Shown here: positions 1-7,971 of the stretch, piece after piece | Layout of the letters: each line of letters opens with the position of its first letter | Numbering within the stretch: the first letter of the stretch is position 1 | Assembly (NCBI GenBank): GCA_051294375.1 | Contig: JBJCIZ010000409.1 | Location: 10,572-21,680, forward strand | DNA from: Paraspadella gotoi | Lineage: Eukaryota > Animalia > Chaetognatha | Direction: 5' to 3' | Length of the DNA stretch: 11,109 nt | Made by a program: the position numbers and the translations under genes | Notes under the pieces: generated by a model | The model's database searches: none | What the model was told of the DNA's origin: nothing | Seen by the model: the letters and a program-made list of their open reading frames with translations, nothing else

Positions 1-237
1 TATTATTTTCAACATCGCAACCTAAAAAATTGGTATATCAGATTTCTGTAAAAAATTATCCCAGTCCGAACGGTTTTACCTTTGATTTTCATTTGACGAC
101 GGCGCCCGACTGGATAGAAGGGTTTCTTTCGTCATTTCAACTGAGCGGTATTTATTCTAAGGATTCGTTATGCATAGACTACGGAAGATATAACACCGGA
201 TACACGTTGGTATGCACAACGTTCGACACCCCCAGCA
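1..237. repeat. Exact direct copy of 2295-2531, ending at the first N-gap (probable false duplication)
   Basis: Base-by-base identical to 2295-2531 (offset 2294); terminates exactly at the N run 238-262. Confidence 0.95.
6..233 (+). pseudogene. Polinton/Maverick major-capsid-like fragment (duplicate of 2300-2527)
   Basis: Same DNA and translation as 2300-2527. The listed 30..374 ORF runs through Ns, so its C-terminal part is not real. Confidence 0.45.
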
Positions 238-262
238 NNNNNNNNNNNNNNNNNNNNNNNNN
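238..262. other. Assembly gap (25 N)
   Basis: Run of exactly 25 N. Confidence 0.99.
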
Positions 263-834
263 GGAGAGATTTGTTTTATTTACTAAAATTATTACAGTTT
301 TTTTTCTAATTAAGATTCAATCAAACTTGGTTCATACAGTTTTTTCTCAATTTTTTCTTTTTTTTTGTGTTTGACATAAGAAAGAAGGTATTGATTGATT
401 AGTTCTGAACTATCATCGTTCTGTTTAAACTATAGCATAGTCAACTTGTACTGTAGTTAGTAAGTTTTATTATAAGTTTAACACTTGTTCAGACTTGCAG
501 TAAAATAAAAAATGATGCATCAGTTAGACCATGCAGCAAGCCTTTTACGGATTTTAATTTACTTTCTTATGAACAACACTACTCATTCAGGGTCATCACT
601 AAATTCTACCACCAAAGAGTAAAAATATCTAAACAAAAAGAAGAAAGTTTTGTTTTACCTAACTATTTCCTGCATAAATTTTACATATACTATCTTATTT
701 TTCTTAGACATTTATAATCCATACTAATGCCATAATAATTATAATAATAATAATTAATAATTATTTATGTTTGATACATATCCGCAAAGCTAAAAATACT
801 TCATTTTACTTGATTAATAATATGTGAAATCTAG

Positions 835-930
835 GCTATTATGGTGGACTAAAAATCCACCAACCGTTTATCAGCGGCCATTGTGCCGGAGGTCCGGGTT
901 CTAGCCTGGTGCCAGCCTATCAGTTAAGAG
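835..930 (+). other. Candidate 96-nt internal exon (phase 1-1) of an unidentified gene
   Basis: GC-richer island in AT-rich DNA, bounded by ctag| (833-834) and |gtaaga (931). Length is a multiple of 3 and only one frame is open: (G)YYGGLKIHQPFISGHCAGGPGSSLVPAYQLR. No family recognised. Confidence 0.3.
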
Positions 931-2299
931 GTAAGAGTTAATATTGAGTATTTTGATTTTAATTTCCAGTAAGTACTGTTAAATATTATCCTTTTCATAC
1001 TTATTCTTCACAAAATTTTAGAATAACTTTTAGTAAGTGTTTTATTCAAAAACTAATAATCATCTTTATATTTTCTAATATTATATAAATTTATTATTAA
1101 TAAATTTATTAAAAATAAAGGTTTAATAAAAAATATAAAGTCTACATCAAGAATATATTTCAAAAATAAATAAGTATTGATTTAATCATTATTTTATTAA
1201 AGAAATCCTTTAATTAAATTTCACACATAAGATTATGATCAAAGTAAAACCGCAAAGTACTCGCGATCACTTGGAAACTCTGGAGAGTTCCCTTTCCGGT
1301 CATGTTTTTTCAGGTTTATCAGTCCCACTGTTCTAAAGACAAAAAAGAACCTAATAAAATGAGTCGTGACCCTTCATCTGGTGTCATTAAATAATTTGGG
1401 TAACACTAGTATCATTTGCCAATATTCCGATCCCCAGATTCCGGCTGAAATAATTCACTTTGACAGTTGTTGGTCATGCCCTCATAACTTGGTAGGCCAG
1501 TCACCTAAATCTTCTTAGAACATCAAATTAATGATTAATTTTGTTTTTTTATATAAAAGAGTTTTGAAATGAATTACAACAACGATTTTTATTTCAATAG
1601 AAATGGACATGCTTTGTCCTACATACAAGGATTTTTTCAGCTGAAGAAGGCGCGTGAAATATTGCCTCGCGCTGGGTCAATCTTCAATGACCTGAGCTGA
1701 CCTTATCTTTTCACCGTCTAGTTGCTTTCGTGCGGCTTCTTTTAGCCTAAAATTTAGAAAACGTTCAGAAACTGATCATTCGCGGCAGAATCAAGTAAAG
1801 AATTACATCGGCCGTCGGAACTTAGTTTTCACAGTTCCACAGATTAATACAAATTTAATCACAAAAACCACTAACATTTTATGGATTTGTGTGTCTCCAA
1901 ATAAACGTTTTTTCAGAATTTATTCATCATTTATTGCTGTTTTCAAGATTTAGTGAGCCTACGTTAAAACATATTCTCCGGACGGCTGACGCCTCGAACG
2001 CTTGACCTAGTGGGCGTAGAAAACAAAGATTTTCTACAAGGCGTGTTTGTAAGCCTAAACATTAATTTTTTTTTCCGTTATAACAATAAAAGCTATGAAA
2101 AAAAAATATATTCATTTTTTGGTCCTTATCTTGTATTTAGTTATATCTTTCATACCATATAAGATTTTGCATTAATATTTTTTGTCCTTATTTAAAAAAA
2201 CATGATGTTTTAGACAACCCATTCAAAGGCAAGATTTATAGTCACCGAATTTTTTTTTTGCATAGTCTCCGCCACGTTAACTTGCATCGTGTCGTATTA

Positions 2300-2527
2300 T
2301 TTTCAACATCGCAACCTAAAAAATTGGTATATCAGATTTCTGTAAAAAATTATCCCAGTCCGAACGGTTTTACCTTTGATTTTCATTTGACGACGGCGCC
2401 CGACTGGATAGAAGGGTTTCTTTCGTCATTTCAACTGAGCGGTATTTATTCTAAGGATTCGTTATGCATAGACTACGGAAGATATAACACCGGATACACG
2501 TTGGTATGCACAACGTTCGACACCCCC
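2300..2527 (+). pseudogene. Fragment resembling the C-terminal region of a Polinton/Maverick (adintovirus-type) double-jelly-roll major capsid protein
   Basis: Open frame FSTSQPKKLVYQISVKNYPSPNGFTFDFHLTTAPDWIEGFLSSFQLSGIYSKDSLCIDYGRYNTGYTLVCTTFDTP. Its order and spacing match my recollection of the Polinton capsid pattern F..F.l..l.l.v.g.q.PS.P..pDF....yI..y.slF..tGi...d.gn.I....Y..GYtLfafdlTPd. Judged by eye only. Confidence 0.5.
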
Positions 2528-2532
2528 AGCAC

Positions 2533-2586
2533 GATGCAAAATGAAAAAATGATGCAAGTTGAAAAAATGATGCAAGTTAAAAAAAT
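2533..2586. repeat. Three tandem 18-bp units (GATGCAAGTTGAAAAAAT consensus)
   Basis: gatgcaaaatgaaaaaat 2533-2550, gatgcaagttgaaaaaat 2551-2568, gatgcaagttaaaaaaat 2569-2586. An inverted copy of the core, ttaacttgcatc, lies at 2277-2288. Confidence 0.9.
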
Positions 2587-2615
2587 CTTAAAAGCAATCG
2601 TCGCAATTGCATAAA

Positions 2616-2643
2616 AGAGAGAGAGAGAAAGAGAGAGAGAAAG
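2616..2643. repeat. (GA)n microsatellite, interrupted
   Basis: agagagagagagaaagagagagagaaag. Confidence 0.9.
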
Positions 2644-2650
2644 ATACATG

Positions 2651-2846
2651 AAATAAAATATAATTAATTAATTATATTAATAAATTAATAATAATTATTT
2701 ATTAATAATTAATAATTAATTAATAATTAATTAATTAAAAATTAATTAATTAAAAATTAATTAATTATTTATTAATAATAATTTATTAATAATTATTTAT
2801 TAATAATTATTTATTAATAATTAATTAATAATTAATTAATAATTTT
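2651..2846. repeat. Pure A/T low-complexity tract built from TAAT/TTAA/ATTAATAATT units
   Basis: No G or C between 2651 and 2846 (196 bp). Confidence 0.95.
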
Positions 2847-3475
2847 GTGTGTGGGTAGGGAAGTGTGTGATTGAGCTGGATATAAAGTTTCGATGGAATC
2901 GTCTGAGTTTAAATGGAAAAAACAAAAAAATATAATTCACTAATTGAACACCAATTGCTCATGAGTGGATGGGGCGATTGTCCTGGAATTTTGTATGTGA
3001 GTAGGAAAGTGTGTGATTGAACAGGAAACCAAGTTTCCATGGAATCGTTTGAGTGGAAATGAGTTTAAATGGAAAAAACAAAAAACCTGTTTCACTTATT
3101 GATTATAATTTTTTTTTCCTTTTATATTAAATGTATATGCAGGATGTATTAATAAATCAAATAATTAATCAGTTAATTAATAAATTAGTCAATTAATTAA
3201 TCACTAATTAATTAATCAGTCAATCAATCCGTCCATTCGTCCCACCTTGGCAAAAAGCCCCAATAACTCGTGATTGGCTGGTTGGATCGGAATGAAATTT
3301 TGTGTATGGGTAGGAACATGTGTGATGAAACAGGATATAAAGTTTAGACGGAATAGTGTGAGTGGATATGAGTTTAAATGGAAAAAACATACCCACACAC
3401 AAAATTTCATTTCAATTCATCGATCCAATCACGAGCAATTGAAGTTTTTTGCTAAGGTGGGACGGACGGACAGAC
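2841..3475. mobile_element. Degenerate non-autonomous DNA element with internal repeats and an ~85 bp inverted repeat (Helentron/HINE/DINE-1-like or MITE-like)
   Basis: Three diverged ~90-100 bp units start at 2841, 2987 and 3296 (aattttgtrtrtgrgtagg...gagtttaaatggaaaaaaca). Imperfect inverted arms lie at 3228-3312 and 3390-3475, with GTCC/GGAC microsatellite-like outer ends (ggacggacggacagac). The repeat structure is seen directly; the family assignment is inference. Confidence 0.6.
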
Positions 3476-4377
3476 ACAATTTATCATAATTCTATTTTCT
3501 GACATGATATAAGTGAATGCCCGACAATATTAAGGGGGAAGAACGACGGACTGACAAAGTGAATTATAGAGTCAGGATCTGCTGATAAGCAAATAAAAAT
3601 ATATTTATATTCCAAATTTTGGGAAAAACCCTTCATTTTTTTGGAATACTTACGAGATAGATGCGAATGGGTATTTAAAGTATATAAAGTTCATGTAATG
3701 TTTAAATTGACTTATCCCTCGCCTTAAGGCAGAATTTTATTTTTGTACGTAAGATTAGGGGGAGAAGCAATACCTAAAATAAAACTATTTTATTTATTAT
3801 CCCAGTGAGACGTTCTTAAATGACGTAATATGCAAATTAAGTCGAACAAGACTAAAATTTAAAAAATTGGAAGTTTTAGATCAACAATGATTAATAAGGA
3901 CTATCTAATGCTAAACTAGTTAAAAGAAATCTATACTATCTAAATAACCTCTAAATTACCAACTTTTATGAAATAATTGTTATCTAAATATTCTAATTAC
4001 CTAACTGCTAGCAAAAACTAAATAACAAATTTCTTTCAAATGTTATTGCTAACAAGAGAATAATGGCATAGCGACATACAATCAAGAACATTAATAATTT
4101 TTTTCATTTAAAATGTTTTCTATATGAATCTTGGTCAAAGTAAATCAAAAGGCGATCACTGTTATACAGTCTGTATGCTTTAGTTTAAAAGTTATTTTTT
4201 TTGGGGAAAGGAAACTAAAGAATTACGTGCGTATCAAACTTTAAAATAGTCTTTTTATTTCTTTCATTTTGTTTCGTAGGTAGAACTAAAGTAAAAAGTT
4301 TTTATTTTTGTTTTATACAATGAATGTAATTAGTATAAAAAACAGACATGTTTTGACTTTATTGTTAGCCTTCTTTT

Positions 4378-4407
4378 TTCTCTCTCTTTCTCTCTCTCTC
4401 TCTTTCT
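4378..4407. repeat. (CT)n microsatellite, interrupted
   Basis: ttctctctctttctctctctctctctttct. Confidence 0.85.
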
Positions 4408-4791
4408 AACCATTACTATTTGGGGGGGGCAGCTCATTTTTTAGCTCTTTTTTTACTTACTTATTTTCACTTACTCTTATCTTATCTATCCCTCATCACT
4501 TATTCTTCATTTTCAATTTCCTTTATATATATCTCAATCTTAATCCTAATCTCAATCTTAATCTTAAATTATTAATTCCACTCTTATTATTTAATTCTTA
4601 AGTCTACTAAATTATTATTTTATTTTTGTTGTACATTGTCAAATATATTTATTTTCACTCTCTCTCTCTCTGTTCACTTTTCACCAATTTCAAATTTAAC
4701 ATATTTTTCTTTTTCTTCGTCCCTGTCCTCTCCTTCACCTGTCTTCAAATCTGACCACTGCCCTTTTCTCAATTATTTGTTGAAAACCCTT

Positions 4792-4811
4792 TCTCTCTCT
4801 CTCTCTCTCTC
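4792..4811. repeat. (TC)n microsatellite abutting the candidate LTR end
   Basis: Pure TC run immediately before tgaagcgc at 4812. Confidence 0.9.
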
Positions 4812-5540
4812 TGAAGCGCTTCTTAACGCGCCGAACCTAGTAATCGGAGAATTATCGCAAAATAAAACAAATCTAAGTTTCATCTCTATTCTTCTAGAGT
4901 GCCCTAATTTGTGCCCTAATTAATTATTGAATTCAAATCCGTGTTCAACTGCTCTCAAATAAGTATCTTTGGAAACCAAACAGTTCTAACATGTAAAACA
5001 CCTTAACTATAACCTTATATTCTTAGAACCATGTAATAAAGCAGAAATAGTAACCCATTTTGAGATAATACAATTTCCAATCTCAGGTACAAATATTCAT
5101 GGTAAGTAGACAGTAAGCAAGAAGAAGCAAGGTAGGCAAGTAGGAGAGGCAAGAAGGAAGTTAAAACTACAAAAAATATACAATTTTGAATTAGTACTAA
5201 ATAAACCTTAAACTTAAAAAGTAACATATATAACCTAAGTACAATTCAATATAAATCCAATGTAAACTAACCTTCAATTTGGGTTCCAGAATAGAGAATA
5301 AAACATTGGCAGCTTATAGCCAAAACATTATTTAAAGTATTTTCCTTTTCATTTTTACATGTGTTTTGAATTGAGAGTAAAGACTTGTGTAAGATTAAAC
5401 TGAACACAGCTCGTTAGTTAGCTCTTGAAACAGCTGATCGCGGGGAAGAGAAATTCAGATATTCAACGGAAACAAATGATTCTATCGATCTAAACGAAAC
5501 TAAACAATTATACGCGAATAAAAAGGCATCGCTTTCTCCA
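4812..5540 (-). mobile_element. Candidate 3' LTR (~729 bp) of the BEL/Pao element
   Basis: On the minus strand it starts TGGAG directly after the purine-rich GGCGGGGGTA and plausibly ends ...GCTTCA where the microsatellite begins. This gives TG...CA termini with a 4/5 inverted match (TGGAG vs TGAAG). The start is well supported; the far end cannot be verified because no second LTR is in the window. Confidence 0.55.
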
Positions 5541-5550
5541 TACCCCCGCC
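5541..5550 (-). promoter_or_regulatory. Polypurine tract (plus-strand primer) of the BEL/Pao element
   Basis: Minus strand reads GGCGGGGGTA|TG, ~160 nt downstream of the pol stop codon at 5710. Position and short G-rich form fit a BEL/Pao PPT. Confidence 0.7.
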
Positions 5551-5709
5551 ATCAGGGTTTCCCTGATAAATAAAAGCGAATAGTAAAAAGATGGCGTTAG
5601 CTAAAAATATAGGGAACTACAATCATACTAAAATGATAAAACCATCTACGTTAAAAAAAAATGGTAAAAGCATCTACAATAAAAATGTACACTGTACATG
5701 AATAAAAAT

Positions 5710-7100
5710 CTAAACGTTGATAGAATCAGAAATATCAAGTTCTTCTCCGTCTTCTTCATGGCATTCGAGGAGGACAAGCTTGGAGCAATCTCGGTCAAGG
5801 ACAGTTCCTTTTGCCGTACGGACTCGGACACGGCGCACATGAGTGCCATCCCCGAGCGGCTCCTCTATAATGGCAAGACTCCAATGGGACCGAGGTAGCT
5901 TGTCGTTCGCGATGATAACGATGTCGCTTTTCTTGAGATTGCGGTGTGACTTTGTCCACTTCTGGGCGCTGTGCTTGCAACTCGGCCATATACTCATTAG
6001 CGCCACCTCTTCAAAAACTCATCAGCAAGGGCACGTTAGCTGCTGCCATGCAGTGCTGGGCGCACTGTCCATCAGGCATCGGAGGACCAGTCAGGTGCGC
6101 ACCAAGGGCAGGGAAGACCCGGGATACAGCAACATGACGGGGAAAGCGCCGGGCGGATCCTTCGCCGCTCTCAGGATTCCTCGTAATAGGACGATCATTC
6201 ACAATGTTCTCCACTGAGCAAAGTAGGCGGTACCAAACACGACGTCCCAGAGACGTCTTTTCCCTGAATTAAGGGACAATAACGCTTTCTTCGTAATCTT
6301 GACGAGAGATTCCCAGGCGCCTCCCCAATGGGGCTCTCAGCAGGATTGAAGAGCCACTTGCATACGATATGCTGAAACTGTTCTTCGGCCTCTTGCGTTT
6401 CCACTTGTGTAGAGCATCATCCAACTTCTTGCGTTGCCACCACGAAAAGTTGGTGCCATTGTCGCTCCAAAGAACCTTGACACCAGGGCGTCTGCAGCAC
6501 GAAACGTTCAAAGCATTCAAAAAAACTCAGGAGTTGATATATCCCTCAGAGTTCCAAATGGGATAGCACGCATCTTGTGAGACAATGTAAAAAGGGCCAC
6601 CCAACCTTGGAGTATGACGTCCTGACTTCACATAGAAGGGGACCAAACAAATCCACTCCAGTAACCTCAAAAGGATAACACAATGCCAAACACGCAGACT
6701 AGGTAAAGGAGCCATTCTTTGCTGCGCAAAGTTTTCCCATTGAGCCCGCTTACAAGCGGTTGCAGCGTCGAATTACATCTCTGAACAGCTAGCACGACTC
6801 TGATGATCCAAAACTTGCGCCGCAACTTTGCCAGAATCTGGTCAGGCCCGGTATGCGCATCTCTGCAGTGGCGCCAATGGATGCATCATCTTGGTGCATA
6901 CGAGAAGAGGGCAGCGCAAAAATGAGTCGGATGCTTCGAATCATACTCTTCTCCAACAAGGGCGCTGAAGGCGGCCACCAACTCTCAGGAGACCATCACT
7001 TCCAATGAAGGGTCTAGGCGGCGAAGGGAAAGACTTTTGACTTCAGAGCGCTGAGAAACAAACGAAGGTCGATGCTGCGCTAAAGGATAGCAATCCTGGA
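5710..7100 (-). mobile_element. BEL/Pao LTR retrotransposon pol 3' part (integrase), frameshifted and 5'-truncated; copy 1
   Basis: Across frames: SLRRLDP/FIGSDGLLRVGGRLQ (~7030-6965); H2C2 zinc finger HWRHCRDAHTGPDQILAKLRRKFWII...IRRCNR (~6880-6750); QRMAPLP; YPFEVTGVDLFGP (D at 6651-6653); WSDNGTNF (D at 6461-6463); WGGAWESLVK (E at 6310-6312); ENIVNDRPIT; DUF5641-type tail KWTKSHRNLKKSDIVIIANDKLPRSHWSLAIIEE..GDG..VRRVRVRTAKG...R...KLVLLE; stop at 5710. Confidence 0.93.
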
Positions 7101-7129
7101 AGATGGGATATCTAGCTAAAGGTAGCGTC

Positions 7130-7870
7130 TAACTAGTCCTCTCATCGGGGAAAGAATGGTAAGTGGCGTTAGGGAATATATTGGGAATAGCGTTAAAATG
7201 GCTACACAAAGGGAAACAAGCGTACAATTAAAAGGGCATGAGAAGGAGAGGAAGTTTTGCAGACCCCGAGACCGACTGAGGAGAAGTTGAGAGAGACTGC
7301 AGTTCCGATCTCCAAGACTCTATCCGTGACTCCGGGGATGAAGAGGAGGGCGACGACGAACGGGAAAGATGATTAGAGGCGTTTGAGAGGGGAGAGAAGC
7401 GTCCGGGGGGAGAGAGAGGTTCTGGCGGTAGGTGAGCCTCTATTCTTGTTGCCCTCTCTTGGTCGGAGACCCGCCCACTTGCGGTCCTTGAATGTCACAG
7501 GTGGGTCGTCGCCATCATCTTGGTGTGGGCGTGGAGTTGTGGAGAGTAGCGGAAGAGTGCGGATGCCTGGCCGGGTCAGGGCGGACTGGTGGGGTGGACG
7601 TCCATTTTTGGGAGCGGGGGGATGTCGTCCTAAGTCCTCTAGAGTCGACGCTTTTCATTGGTTGGTTGGGACGGAGAGGTCAGAGATGGCGGAACCGGAA
7701 GCTTGCCCTGATTCTCGTGGATCGCACGGGTAATAACTGGTCGGAGGGTGGTAAGGCCGGAAGGTTATTTGTTTCTCATCCTTTATGAAGTCTTCAGGGC
7801 GGGGTTGGCTTTTGGGCTCTAGGGATGGAGGGCGCTACTAATGCTCAAGGGGAGGGGAAGGCACACTACT
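7130..7870 (-). pseudogene. GC-rich, Pro/Ser-rich interrupted reading frame of unknown origin; copy 1
   Basis: Same segment as 9360-10100; 7441-7875 appears identical to 9673-10107. No BEL RT/RNase H motifs recognised. Confidence 0.3.
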
Positions 7871-7937
7871 TTTAATAATCAATATTGAATTTGTTTGGTT
7901 TTTTTTTGTTTTTAGGAAAACTAAAATATAATTGGGT

Positions 7938-7962
7938 NNNNNNNNNNNNNNNNNNNNNNNNN
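7938..7962. other. Assembly gap (25 N)
   Basis: Run of exactly 25 N. Confidence 0.99.
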
Positions 7963-7971
7963 TCCCTCTCG

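Noticed and set aside
30-374. 114-aa ORF with a hydrophobic C-terminus
   Set aside because: Reads through the N gap into T-rich, probably error-prone sequence; the tail is an artefact.
1641-1670. CTGAAGA...GAAA resembling a hammerhead ribozyme core
   Set aside because: No stem II closing directly onto GAAA and no convincing stems I/III.
1380-1746. Recurrent in-frame TGA in candidate minus-strand exons, suggesting stop-codon reassignment
   Set aside because: The frames themselves are unproven, the BEL and capsid-like frames use TGG for Trp, and decay or read error is a simpler explanation.
2841-3390. Spaced repeats suggestive of a CRISPR array
   Set aside because: Units are ~90-100 bp, diverged and irregularly spaced; eukaryotic context and no cas genes.
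3216-3489. Overlapping short ORFs on both strands with similar peptides (MKFCVWV)
   Set aside because: A by-product of the inverted repeat, not coding evidence.
4531-4567. (AATCTY)n hexamers resembling a telomere repeat
   Set aside because: Only about six degenerate units that do not match a canonical telomeric motif; simple repeat.
4636-5227. ORFs 4636-4923 (+) and 5015-5227 (-)
   Set aside because: Low-complexity translations of microsatellite or pyrimidine-rich LTR DNA; no env or other motif recognised.
5551-5699. Small hairpins atcaggg-ttt-ccctgat (5551-5567) and atgtaca-c-tgtacat (5685-5699)
   Set aside because: 7-bp stems in the retroelement 3' UTR; too short to call as terminators or functional elements.
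5698-6566. Plus-strand ORFs over the integrase (also 7885-8446 and 9061-9252)
   Set aside because: Antisense shadows of the minus-strand BEL pol.
7383-7788. Plus-strand Gly/Arg-rich ORFs (and copies 9663-10020)
   Set aside because: Expected from GC-rich, G-skewed sequence; no recognisable domain, and probably antisense to the Pro/Ser-rich frame.
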